A DNA stretch of 63,199 nt, filler included, from Octopus bimaculoides (GCF_001194135.2; 5 parts of 4 records of this genome joined end to end with filler, not necessarily neighbours in it), one strand, 5' to 3'. Numbered from the whole stretch's first letter, positions 22,831 through 35,895 are shown. Numbers and translations are program-made. The notes: generated by a model from the sequence alone, not told the origin.

Positions 22831-23584
22831 AAAGTATATCAAGAGAGAGATGAATATATATACATGTGTGTGTGTGTGTGTGTGTAGGAATGTGTGTTCA
22901 CGTCTGTATGTGTATATATATATGGTGGGAAAGTGGGCAGAATAATGTGCACCTTTTGTCATGAGTAAAATTGACAATTCATGACACATTGTATATCCAT
23001 GGTAATCTTTCAATAAAAACACCTATCTTTTTTCATTACTTATTTATATGTATAGGGTGTGTCCAAATCAAGTCAAAGGATGTTATAACACCATAGGAGT
23101 TCTAAATCACGGCATACATTCATGTGTGAATGAGCATACACACACACACACATATTTATATGTATATATATGAGAGAGTGGACAAACAGATATTCCACCA
23201 GCCTGAGGAGACAGACTCTGTTAGGGGCCTGCAAAACTTGAAGTAGTACGGAATCTGACTCAAACTATTTTGAATAATATATATAAATATAGACCATAAT
23301 GAAGAAAGCTGCTTACTAATTAGGTTAGTAACAGTTACTAAAAGAAAGCAATTATTAAAGCCTTGACTGTCTGGAAATTTTTTGATAAATTCATGTTCCA
23401 AGGAATTTCCTGTAATTTCGATTTCTGAAGTTTGTTGAATATTTGAACTTCAAGTTCTTCACAAATTCAAATATTCATTGCATTCACTGAGGAGTAGATA
23501 TAGGAGAGTATTGTAGTTCACATGAAGCATTGTGTATTGTTTTTTGGAAAACCGATTATAGCAATGACTCGATTAATTCCTAGC

Positions 23585-23631
23585 GATATCTGAAGAAGGA
23601 ATTTTTATATTCTGAAATATTATGTCATATC
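23585..23631 (+). ncRNA. Minimal type-I hammerhead ribozyme, intact core
   Basis: Stem I GATAT/ATATC; core CTGAAGA(A); stem II GGAAT/ATTCT; GAAA; short stem III (A-U, U-G, A-U, 3-nt loop); predicted cleavage after GUC (23626). Confidence 0.7.
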
Positions 23632-24406
23632 AGACTATGAATAATTAAATTATAACAGTTATTATAGTCCACTCTGCATTATTGTGCCATTCAAGACACA
23701 TTATATTTCATATATAGATATGTTTGTGTGTGAGTTCAAACACAGCTAACTAAATTGTCCAGTTAAGGCCATTGTAATTCATATAGGTTGTTATTTCAAT
23801 GTCCAATTTGTAAATCTAAAGTTCAAGCCCTGAATAAATTCGATATATTAATCACTAAGTATATTAGATGAAATACAAAGAATGAAGATTGATCAATGAT
23901 TTAATCAGCTACATGTGTTTTAAATACCATGGCATAACCAAATTGCTGCATGTTGCAGTGCATATATACTCAATCCAATATTTAATTGACTAAAATGCTT
24001 AATTAAGTTTAATTCTAGTTTGAAACATGCAGTAATTTGGTTATGTCATTCTATTTGAATTGTATGTAGCTGATTGAATTACTGATTAATCAGCTACACA
24101 CATTGATTAATCTCCATTCCTTGTGTTTGATGTGTGTGTGTGTGTGTGAGACAGAGAGAGAGGGGGGGAGAGTTAGTTCATATTTCCTCTCATTTTCACA
24201 TGTAATTGCTGGTTGTAAAGAATGGCTTTGCATGGGTTGCTTTGTTGTTCAATAGAACGGGAGATCAATATGGAGGTTGGCTTCAGGAAAGGCATCAATC
24301 CATAGAAAATTCTCTCCCAACATATTCATGTCTGGGTCATACAAATGCAGAAAAGTAGATGTTCAAGTGATGATGTTGATGGCAGTGGTGGTGGTGGTGG
24401 TAGTAG

Positions 24407-24407
<1 letters not shown>

Positions 24408-24463
<56 letters not shown>

Positions 24464-24503
24464 CGACGACGATGATGATGAGGAGGAGGAGGAGGAGGAG
24501 GAG
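24408..24503. repeat. (GAT)n-(GAC)n-(GAG)n compound microsatellite
   Basis: Directly visible. Confidence 0.95.
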
Positions 24504-25298
24504 GGTTGGGTGGGGGGTGTCTTGGGGAAATTATAAATACACACCTACAGGGTGTCCCATAAAAAGTCTGGGTACGNNNNNNNNNNNNNNNNNNNNNNNN
24601 NNNNNNNNNNNNNNNNNNNNTTAATTAATTAANNNNNNNNNNNNNNNNNNNNNNNNNNNNNNNNNNNNNNNNNNNNAGTGTTATATGGACTGTTAGATAT
24701 GTAATTTGTCTGACGTTCCGTGTGTCATGTGGTTCGTCTGAGTTCATTGTTTCATTGTTGTTGTCTTGTGGGACTGTCGTAGTAAAATGTCATTGATATA
24801 TATATGGCGGACATGACTTTTGTTTATTCATAACGAACATTGGGTGAGTGCGTTCTTTGTATGTAATTGAACAATAAATGTAATAATTAAATTGTATAAC
24901 TCGTTATGTTATCTCTGCGAGTCAGTCCGAGGGAAACATAACAGAGAGTGTTTAACAGAAACAAATTCGGAAGTTACTGATATTCACGTCAATTGACGGC
25001 CGTCTTTACATGTATTGTGGGACCTTCCCGACTCAAGTAGTGCACTGAGTCCTATAATATATATTTTTGAAAACATTTATTGAGCAGCACTAAGCCCTTA
25101 AGACATTGGTGTGCCAAGTTTGTCCATGGTTTAAGCCGACATTGCGCCAGCAGTCTGTTAAAATGACCGTTTCTGGTAATATAAGATAAAAAGAAATTAT
25201 CGGCAAATACGTTGAAGCACTTCGACTTGGGACGGCCACAAAGTTACATTTAACGACGTGGTCCCTAGTATCCGCTGGTCTTCTTAGAGACCCTAATT

Positions 25299-25411
25299 GG
25301 GTACTACTTCAATACAGAGGTCCTGACACATTTCCCTAACCCAACGAACGTGCACTGTAAAAACATATCGTTACGTAGATGCATCGGGACCTCTGTATTT
25401 AAGTAGTGCCC
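25299..25411. mobile_element. 113-bp MITE with 28-bp TIRs and a flanking 6-bp direct repeat
   Basis: GGGTACTACTTCAATACAGAGGTCCTGA versus rc GGGCACTACTTAAATACAGAGGTCCCGA; CTAATT at 25293-98 and 25412-17. Confidence 0.75.
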
Positions 25412-26270
25412 CTAATTGTATTTTTATAATTTTATCTATTACTTTCGAATATATCGGCCTTTTCCGTAACACCTGCACGATCTTCACTACGGTGTTAGGG
25501 TTTTAGTACCGTAAGATCGCCATTTAGCATATTCGTAATCTGTACCGATCACCATTTAGCATATTCGTAATCTCCGACATTTAAAACGTAGGAATCCGAA
25601 AAGATAGATATATAAAAAAAATGGATTTTTCAAGGAGGGATGCGAAACTGCATTAGTCTCTGTGTGGTTGTATGTAACTATGTGTGCCTCTGTGTGTGAG
25701 TGTGAGAGACTGTCAATGTGTGGATATATGGGACTGTACGTCTTTCTGTATGTGTCTTTATTCGCACGTGCATATATGTGTGTGCGGTCATGATTTGTTG
25801 TCTGTTTGCAGATGCAGACGACAGTAATGTTGTCACGTGGGCGCGTATCGTCTGCTTTTTGACTGAAACCTCCGCCATGACGCAAAAAATAAAAAAGAAA
25901 TAAAGGAAAGTAGTTGAAATAATAATTTCTTGATAGAGAATTTATAACAGAAGGTTTCGAATGTATACAGAAATGTGAAATGTGATACTTTTCTGTATGT
26001 TTTTCTTAGAAAAGCCTGTAAGATGATATTGCAATTAAGTTATTTGTATTAACTTAAAAAAGCTTACTTCTGTTTTATTAACGCGAAAAGTTTCCCAGTG
26101 TTGTACGTAAGCAACGTCTTCCGATAGAAAATAGAAGTTATATAGAAACAACATACTGGACTTCACAAATGCTTGCAAAAATTCTAAAATAGGGTGTTTT
26201 ATTATTTAAAGAATATGATGTACACTTGTAATTGTGTCACTTTGATTAATCTTAGTAATTACTGTTTCGC

Positions 26271-26497
26271 GGCGATCTTTCGTTTGATTACATTTTACGT
26301 CATTTCTAATCCACGTGCGTTTGTTTCTGTTTCTAAACAAGATCGTCGCTTTCCGTAAAAGGGTTTTAGGGTTAGGGTTAGGGAATTCTTTCCCTAACCG
26401 TAACCGTAACCCTAACCCTAACCCCCTTTTACGGAAATATAAACAAACGCACGTGGATTAGAAATGACGTAAGATGTAATCAAAACAAAAGATCACC
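26271..26497. mobile_element. Fold-back (palindromic) element with inward-facing telomeric repeats
   Basis: About 55-bp near-perfect outer arms; (TTAGGG)3 at 26366-83 facing (CCCTAA/CCGTAA)5 at 26392-421. Confidence 0.85.
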
Positions 26498-27214
26498 AAA
26501 CAAGTTCACGTTTAAACGCATAATTGTCTTGTATTGTCGCTGATTCTTAACTGTTGTTGAGAAGAGGAGAGAGAGAGAGGAGAGACGAGAAGACAAGAAA
26601 AGAAAGACAAGGAAGAAAGCAGGGAGACAGATAATCCACAGAAAGAGAGAAATTGAAAGAAACAGAGAGGGAGATCGAGAGAGAGAGGGGGGGAGAAAGG
26701 TTCTCCGAAAGAAAAAAAAAACGTACGACTGAACATGTTACGTAGTTTAGGCCTCGAAAAGATCAGGGACTAGATGAAGACGTTCCACTCATGACATTCC
26801 GTATACTTCCAACAGAGTGTCATCGTTGTCTATTATCTAATTGCTACTTTTTGTTCTTTCAAAGACAGTAGGGTTGAATTTTTGGGAGGTTAGATTTTTC
26901 ACTGCTATTTCTGAAAGATTAGTTGGTTTGTTGAGGTGCAGAATTTTAGAGTCAATTTCCTGTAGAAACACTGAAAATATCGACTGAAACCTTGCATGAA
27001 GCTACTGTAAATCATTGTTGTAAATTTACATTGTATGTTCTAGGGATGAAGATTTTACACCGCGTCTTCCATAAGAAGTGGGGTAATCATGGACATAGAC
27101 TTCCACTTTCAATTTGACGAACTAATTGTAAAACGTTTCATGGAAAAAGTACCTATTTTTCAGGAAGTTATGAGGAAACAAAATTGGACACACACACTTG
27201 TTTATGTAATATAT

Positions 27215-27510
27215 CTTTCGCCCTTTCAAAGCCTAGCCAGGCTCATGGGCCCGGTTTCCCGGTTTCTATGGCATATGTGTTCCCCCCAGCTGGACTGGAC
27301 GCCAGTCCATCGCAGCGTTACTCAAGAAACAGGAAGAAAGTGTGAGAGAAAGTTGGGGCGAAAGAGAACAACAGGGGTTGCCACCACCCCCTGCCGGAGC
27401 CTCGTGGAGCTTAGGTGTTTTCGCTCAATAAACACTCACAACACCCGGTCTGGGAATCGAAACCACGATCCTATGACCGCGAATCTGCTGCCCTAACGAC
27501 TGGGCCATTA
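27215..27510 (-). mobile_element. tRNA-derived SINE family H, full length
   Basis: Minus head TGGCCCAGTCGTTAGGGCAGCAGATTCGCGG...GGTTTCGATTCCCAGACC (A and B boxes); body GCTGCGATGGACTGGCGTCC...AGAAACCGGGAAACCGGGCCC. Confidence 0.8.
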
Positions 27511-29290
27511 TGTAATATATACATATATAGATAGATAGATATATGTGTGTGTGTGTATAAGTATACAGTATTATAGATTTTTCTGCTGATATGGTATATT
27601 GTTACCAACATAATGAATTCACTGCTGTGTTATTGCTGTTTAGGTTGCGTGTTATACCATCATGAACTGATGCAAACATAATTGAATATATTTATTGTAA
27701 GATTTATTTATAAATTTCTAATGATTGCTGGTGGGAGTGTAAGAGATTAGAATTGAGCTGCAGTGTAGCTAATATCCATTGCAATGATGATAAATAAGGC
27801 TCAAGGTACTGGAAAGAGTTTGGTTTCTCATTATACAAGAAGTCCTTTATAATCCTGGCAGAAATTCTGCAAATGAAGTCTTGACATTGTTTCTGCTATA
27901 CTAGGCCATGTTTGCTTGTTGTAAGAGGTGAGAATGTGTGTTCTCCAGTAGCTGCCTCAGCCTCAGCGATTGTTCTTGGCAGGTTTTTCACCTTAATACT
28001 AAGAAAAACATGGGAAAAGGTCATGGAACATTTGATTTAATTCATGATATGCTATGATATCATAACAAGCTGATTGGTTGAGAATCAAGACAAACTGCAT
28101 GACATGAACATGAACCATGTGTGGTATGGACCTGGTAACTGAAAAATGTGAGGTTCAATTCTGGGTCTCGTTACAGATCCATTACAGTTGATCTTACCTA
28201 CAGGTTTTGCACTAGATACTAAAACGTGATGTTACACAGTTAACTAATACCCTATACTCTTCAGAGATGGCAAGTATAGAAAAAAAAATGATGAATCTCT
28301 CTCCCTCTCTCTCCATGTATGTATGTATGCATGCATGTATAATATTTGTAAACAAATGGCAGATGCTAGTGCTACCAGTTGAAAACTCCAAATACTGGAT
28401 GCTGGCTGGTATTTATTTTTTTCTCTAATTAAAAAAAAACATAATAAAAAGAAGAAAACTGTATTCAAAACAAATGCAAAAATGAACAGCTAATCACTTT
28501 TTTATGGCAAAAATGGAAACACAAAAAGCACAGTTCATTTTAGCTGTTGCCGAATTATTTTTTTGGGGGTTTTGTTTATTATATATTTTTTCTTTTTGTC
28601 AATGGTTCCCAGACTTATTTAGTTGTATAAGCATATACAATTCTTCAAAAACCATAAAATCCTCTTTTATATTCAATGAACAACACTTGATACCAATTTT
28701 TTCAATACAATATTAAATATAGCAAAAATTGGTTTAGAAAGACAATTTATTCACATGCAAAACAATTGTAGATATAAATGCATTCATGTTTCTGCTTGCA
28801 TCACCAAACCTGTATCAACAAGTTATTTAGAAAGTATTTGACCTGTAAACAGTGCAGATATGTTACTGTGTGATGACTCAATTACAAACACTAATGTTTT
28901 TGTGACTGTTCTTTCTTTAATTTTGACCATCCTTTACCCTCTCTTCTACAGAATGCCTCCCCCTCCTCTATTCTTTCTATTCCTTCCTCTCTTCCTTTCT
29001 TTCTCTTCAGAACCATTGCGTCTCTTCCCATTTTCTCTATCGATCTTCCACTTACCTGCCCCCCTTTGCTGCCCCATTGTTCTGATACCATTACTTCAGT
29101 GTTCTGCTTTGTTATAACTAGAAAGGACTTTGATGAAAGTCATATTAACTTTTTAGACTGTTCAATTTTTTTCTAAACCGATCAATGGACTGATTAGGTA
29201 AACCTATCAATAACGAACCTCTAATGATTACTGGAAACAGCTATTAGCCATATTTACTGCAATAAAGAAAAATGACTATTATTTTTACCT

Positions 29291-29332
<42 letters not shown>

Positions 29333-30674
29333 ATTTTACAAATGGTAGATAGCCATTTCATATATAATAAATATTTTATGAGTTATACTATCAACAAGAA
29401 TTTTTGGATGAAATATTGATATTTCTTGAAATTTACTTGGGGTAACAGTGCTGTAATTCTACTTCCAATAAAACCTGTTCTCACTGACGCACTTCAATTA
29501 CTGGTTCACAAATATATTGTTTCTTCTCTCTGTCTCTACTACAACTCCTCTTCTGAACAAGTGAGCTCTATTCTTTCTCATCTCAGCCATTAGTCTCCCA
29601 CAAATTGTCACTCTAGCTGTCTTACCTTCCATTTCCAACACTGAACATTTTCCCAATACTTTATCTCAGAACTCTAAATCTATTTTAGCAACAATTCTCT
29701 TCCTCTCTATATTTTGCCTACAGATATTGACATATATATATATATATATTCAAACTTGTACACTCACCGCTATTGACATCACTATAATGGTGGAGTTTGC
29801 TAAGGCCAAAGGTTAAGGCCAACGCTCTTCTCACCGACTCATAAACATAGTATCTTCATCAGAAACATTGAAAATGGAGAGAAAACAAAGTGTTGTTAAC
29901 TTTGCTTCATCTTGGGGTAAATTTTAACCGATTTTCCAGCTTTAGTTCAGTTAAAATAATAGCATATGAGAAACAAAAGCAATAAGTGCCAAACTCCGGA
30001 TGAACTGAGGCTGAACTTTACCAAATATGTTAAAAATTATGAGATTACCTGAATTAAAAACAAAAAAAAGGAAAAAGGAAAAAAAGAATGTTAAGTGCTG
30101 ACCTTTTCTCAACCTATTGCAACTAATTGCTTGGTATTAGTTTCTGGAAGAATTTAATCTGTATGACAACTATATTATCCATGCAATAGCTGGCAATAGA
30201 TTCAATATAATTCTCTCATTATTAAGTATAGCAACCAAAATATTATTAGATCTTTACAGAATTTTCCTCAGCTCTTGGAAATTCTTGGTGATTGCAATCT
30301 GATGAATGTTTTCCTTGAAGGTTCAATTAAACGAACGATCAGTACATGCATAGGAGGTGAGGATGATGGAAGGAGATAGCAATCTCCATTGTAGCTCTCT
30401 TATCCAAAGTCTGTAAATATTAAATATTTGCTGCCAGACATTGCCAATATATTTTCTACTACAAATACAATAACCAGTTCTTTTTCTTATTTTTGGTAAA
30501 TATTTCTCTGTTTATCTTTTTCCGTAGTATAGCAAACATGTAAACAGTATGTAGTTTCTTCAAAATTTCCTTACATTTCACAAAGCACTAAGCAAATGTT
30601 GCCATAGTCCTCCATATCTAACTAAATAATGTACTGCAAATGGTTTTATGTTTAGGCAAGTGTTGTTTCACAGA

Positions 30675-30713
<39 letters not shown>

Positions 30714-32399
30714 CTTTATCAAACTGCAGTTTGGTTAGCTGTTTATTATTCACCTTTGCAAATGTATTTCAACTGCTTTCTATAAAGAATTCCCAGTCTA
30801 AATTCTTCAAATGAGGTTTGCAGAGAATGTGTCCCATTTCACTTTCATAACACAGATCTATGATTTTGAAGAATGGCTTTTAGGTGCAGTCAAGGCAAAG
30901 GTGGTTTATGACTCTTCACTTTGTAACCACATGGTTTCAGATTTAATCCTACTGCATGGACAAGTATCATATGGTTATCCATAGGATGACAGTTACCTCA
31001 TGAGTGAAGTTGTTTGACGAAAACTGTATGAAACCTGTAGTTTCTTACTTAATGTGCATAATGTGTGTATGCAAATGTGCATGAATGCTGATACCCTGTC
31101 TTTGCTTGAGTGGAACAATGACATGCTTGCATTTCTTGTGGACGCTATGATCCTTTGTTCTTGGATTTCAAAGACTTGTGGAATAATAAATCTTTTAGTT
31201 GAGAAACAGGTTGTGGTTGATGCCAGGAAGAGTATGTAGCTGTAAGATCCCAATTCTTATCCCCATCCAACTCCTGCTTGCATCGATAAGCAGATGTTGA
31301 TGGAACAAACATCTATTGTTGTAATGGTTTACTCTTCTACATAAGATAGTAGCAGTATAGCCCAGCATTGCCTGACAAATGTCTTCCTAAAATTGGAGCG
31401 ACATGCGTGCTAATTTGTGGACGTGCATAAATTACATTCACATACACACACACACCCTGCCTTTTATAGATATATATACAGATGTTCAGTTTTTGTCTGT
31501 AACTTTGCCAGTTTCAACAAGTATAATTCTGAAAGAAATAACTTCTATTTAAATCTTGATAAATATTTGAACTTAAATGGTCTAACTTTGCCTTCATAAG
31601 CAAACAGCAGTGTTAAATGATAAATTTCATATTTTAATCTTTGAGCACACTGCATATTTTATACAGACTCTTTTCATTGATAAATATTCAGATAACTTGA
31701 TTTACTTGAAAATAATGTTTCTGAAATATTTTCGCAGTAAATACATATTTGTGTTTTTTAACTGGGTTATTTAGAAAGCTTTCCTAGCATGTTATATCGT
31801 GTACTGAAACTCCTTTTAATTTCAGCTTCTTTGAGTTCCTAAGCTTTTTGATTGATTGTTTCTAAACCAATAATATAATGGTTCAAATTAGAAATATAAC
31901 TTTACTGTTCAGTCAGACTTTCCAATCTCGAACGCAACTAACTTATTTAAATTATTTGTCTATTTATTTGTCACCAAATATATATTTCATCTATTTGCTA
32001 GAATAACCACAGTAATATGTCTTGCAAAGAGTAAGCTGACAAACAAAATTTATTTGCAGTTCCAACATCAGTTTGCTTTATTTCTAATGAAACTTAACAA
32101 AATGCTACAGTCTAAATGTTTCCTCCATTTCGGTACCTTTGGTTCTTTCCACTTACACGTCACCAGTGTTATTCTTCTATATTATTATTTTTACTGGTTA
32201 TTAGACTGCAGCCATGCTGGGGCTCCACCATTAGGGTCTTCTTATTTATAGTGACCTCTGTACTCACTTCAGCCTACTAGATATTTATTAATTCTATATT
32301 TTATTGCCACTTCTGATTAAACGCTGGTCTTAATTTAACTTGTGGTATTGTTGAACTCATAAACATTTTCATAAACCAAAACAGGTGTGTATATATGCT

Positions 32400-32544
32400 C
32401 CTCTTGGAGTGGTTGGCTTTAGGGAGGGCATCCAGATGTAGAAACTTTGCCAGATCAGATTGGAGCCTGGTGCATCCATCTGGCTTGCCAGTCCGCAGTC
32501 AAACCATCCAACCCATGCTAGCATGGAAAGCAGACATTAAATGA

Positions 32545-32550
<6 letters not shown>
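32400..32550 (+). mobile_element. Family F repeat
   Basis: GGTTGGCTTTAGGGAGGGCATCCAG...CCATCCAACCCATGCTAGCATGGAAAGCAGACATTAAATGATGAT. Confidence 0.8.
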
Positions 32551-32591
<41 letters not shown>

Positions 32592-33179
32592 NNNNNNNNN
32601 NNNNNNNNNNNNNNNNNNNNNNNNNNNNNNNNNNNTTAATTAATTAANNNNNNNNNNNNNNNNNNNNNNNNNNNNNNNNNNNNNNNNNNNNTATATATAT
32701 CAGCAAAAATACTCTGTTATTGATTTTGAAATTCCAATGAAGGAGCCTTGAATCTAGGTTAGAAACCGGCTCTTTCTTTGGCAAGAAATCTTGAAAAAAA
32801 ACCCAGAACAATGACATACATGCATACATAAATACATGTATACAAACATACTTACATACATATATTCTATTGAAGTTTGTTATTCCATTATTCTATCATC
32901 GGTTTCAACCAAAGGCTGTGGCCATGCTGTAACACCACATTTAGCACTAACGTTTGCTTATTTTAACCTCATTTCCTGGCCTTGTATCCAAAGTCGGGCC
33001 TGGTGAAGTAGTGATTGGAACAGAGCTGCCCTTCATTGCGCTTCATGTATCAATACATCTAGTGCATGAGATATTGGTTTGCTTTGAACACATTCACATC
33101 TACACTTAGAGGTAAGACATTTTTTCCAGCATTTTGGATAGCTTATTACTTGAAGGATACTACTGAGTTTTATCTGACG

Positions 33180-33290
33180 TGCCATTTTGTATGTTACTAC
33201 TGGAACCATTTTGCATGTTTCTAATGGAGCCATTTTACATGTTTCTACGGGAGCCATTTTAATGTTTCTATGGGAGCCATTTTACATGTT
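33180..33290. repeat. 24-bp minisatellite, about 4.7 copies
   Basis: Unit approximately GCCATTTTACATGTTTCTANGGGA. Confidence 0.9.
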
Positions 33291-33887
33291 TTTTTTTAAA
33301 GGAAATTGTTGGGAACCTTCACACCCTTTCGCTGAGTCTAACCTGCTTTGCCGTTGCTTGTTATTACATCTTCCCCTTTAATATTTATGCAATGTATGGG
33401 TGCCCTTCCCAAATACAGTTGTAATGTTGTAAAAAAAAATCAACTGGGTTTTTTTATTTGCTTATGCCATGTGTGGATAGGGAAATACTCTTGAATTATT
33501 CATTCAGTTAGTGCTTCACTCATTCTTGTGGGATGTACATAAAAGGATTACATACACATTCACACGTACATATATACTCACACACGTACACACTCATACA
33601 TATACACACATGCACACATATATACATACATGTGATTATATGTTTATACATATATATATATACATATACATAAGCATAGATGTGTATATACATGTATACA
33701 CACACACACTCACACACAGATTCACCCACACATGTACATATGCATATATANNNNNNNNNNNNNNNNNNNNNNNNNNNNNNNNNNNNNNNNNNNNNNNNNN
33801 NNNNNNNNNNNNNNNNNNNNNNTATATATATATATATGTATATATATAACATATATATACATAAATTTATATATATATATATAAAAG

Positions 33888-34180
33888 AGCACTACGTCGG
33901 TTACGACGACGAGGGTACTGGGTGATACACTCAACGGAACAGCTTGCTCATGAAATTAACACGCAAGTGGCTGAGTACTCCACAGACACGTGTACCCCTA
34001 ACGCAGTTCTCAGGGAGAATCAGCGTGACACAGAGTGTGACAAGGTTGTCCCTTTGAAATACTCAATTTTGTCAGCTGAGTGAACTGGAGCAGCGTGAAA
34101 TAAAGTGTCGTTAGGAATTGAACTCACGACCTTACGATTGTGAGCCGAATGCCCTAACCACTAAGCCACGCCCCTTCACT
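33888..34180 (-). mobile_element. SINE family A
   Basis: Reverse complement of the 20926 copy; ends CCACTAAGCCACGCCCCTTCAC. Confidence 0.9.
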
Positions 34181-35189
34181 ATAATATGTATAAATGTACA
34201 CACACACACATATATATATATATATATGCACAAACGCGCACATATGTATATAGAACTGACCACATACATTTAAATATGAGTTCGTGTCTCTATAACTATT
34301 ATCAAAACTGCAAATGTGAGGAAGCAAGAGGCATTGATTGTATTACATTCTAAGTTACATTAGAGTTTATTGTTACTGCTTATTCTTATAAATAACATCT
34401 GGCACATTCGTTATCATCGTGGTCGACTCTATCATCATCAGTGTTTTTGGTATAGTTCTTTCAATGTTGTCATCGTTCCGTAGATGTTTTCATTGTTCTG
34501 TCGATGTTGTTGATGTTTTTCACTTTGTATTGTTATTATCTACCAATATATTTGCTGAAGTATAAGAAAATGCTAGAGAACCTGCGGAATTCTTGGATAA
34601 CATTCCACGCGTCCCTTCGCAAGTGTATCAAATGGTAAAAAGCAATCCATCTTTCATTGGAACCCGGTTCCTTGATGAAAGATTCACACCTACTCTGCTC
34701 AGCAAGTCCTCATTCGCGCGTAATCAACTATCACGTGATGACATTCTATGCCCTCCAATCTTTAGCGAAACTTTCGTATGAGATTCCGTGAAAATTTCTT
34801 TTAGTCACATTTCTTTTATCTTTCTTTGACTGGCGCCTCGTACAGCTTTTTATTTTCCTTCTGTTTACATCCTTCTTTCGACATACTAAAGTTTGCCAAC
34901 ACTTATGCTGTTTTTCCTAACACCACTCACCAGCATTAGTAACACTACTCCATCTTAACTCCGCCTATAAGCATATTCCGTTATTGTTATGTGACTAACG
35001 CCTTTGTAGCTTCTACTTTCAAAGATTTGCTACTTTCTCGATTTTCCTTGTTCTTCTTCCTTCAAATACAATGCATTTAAATTCTTATTCAATACTACCA
35101 TTTTCATTCAGATGCTTCATTCCCATACATTTTAAAAAACTTATTTTTCTTTTGTGTTAACACCATACCACATATCCATATCACACCTT

Positions 35190-35335
35190 CTGTTACGAAG
35201 CTTGATTTCCAACCACATGGTTTGGTGTTCAATCCCACTAAGCAGCACTTTGTGCACGTGTCTTCTACTATAACTCCAATCAATGCTTTGTGAGTGGATT
35301 TGATAAACGGAAACTGCATGGATACCCGTTCCACA
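35190..35335 (-). mobile_element. SINE family B (degenerate)
   Basis: CCAACCACATGGTTTGG...GTGTCTTCTACTATA...GTGAGTGGATTTGATAAACGGAAACTG. This copy reads on + like the 2641 copy, so the strand call is uncertain and may be +. Confidence 0.6.
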
Positions 35336-35358
35336 TCTATATCTATATAGATGCATGT

Positions 35359-35415
<57 letters not shown>

Positions 35416-35424
35416 CATTTTTTT

Positions 35425-35600
35425 TCACTGCTAGACAACCGGTATTATTTACTTACATATCCATAAGTGAGCAACTTGACCAAAAATCAAAGTACAAGAT
35501 TTAAAAAAAAATGTAGTGGGGTGAATTTGTTTGACTAAAATCTTCAAGGTGTTGCCCCAGCCTAGCCGCAGTCCCATGCCTGAAACAAGCAAAACAGAGA
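35425..35600 (+). mobile_element. SINE-like family C (degenerate)
   Basis: CTAGACAACCGG...CCCCAGCCTAGCCGCAGTCCCATGCCTGAAACAAGCAAAA. Confidence 0.7.
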
Positions 35601-35699
35601 AAATTAATATTTTCATGTGTCGTTTTGTAGGAATCTATTAATGTCATGTATTGGTTTTTTTTTTTAACCTGTATCAGAGTTTGAAACCAATATCATATT

Positions 35700-35895
35700 T
35701 TCGTTTCAAATTCTGGCACAATTGGTAAATCAATTAGATCAACTCAAGTGCTCAACTGATATCTATTTCATCGACTCTGAAAGGACGAAAGGCAAGGTCG
35801 ACATCGGTGGAATATGAACTCAGAGCATAAAGACGGACGAAATACCGCTAAGCATTTTGCCTCGTGTGCTAATGATTCAGCCATCTCACCACCTT
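35700..35895 (-). mobile_element. SINE family D
   Basis: GAAAGGCAAGGTCGAC...GAACTCAGAGCATAAAGACGGACGAAATACCGCTAAGCATTT. Confidence 0.85.

Noticed and set aside
30993-31400. Unique-sequence ORFs at 31 kb (and 34593-34781, 46683-46901, 2890-3258)
   Set aside because: Short, stops in neighbouring codons, no recognisable motif and no consistent splice phase; could be UTR or lncRNA but unsupported.
33180-33290. CRISPR-like array
   Set aside because: Variable parts are only ~8 nt and related to each other; eukaryotic context, no cas genes.
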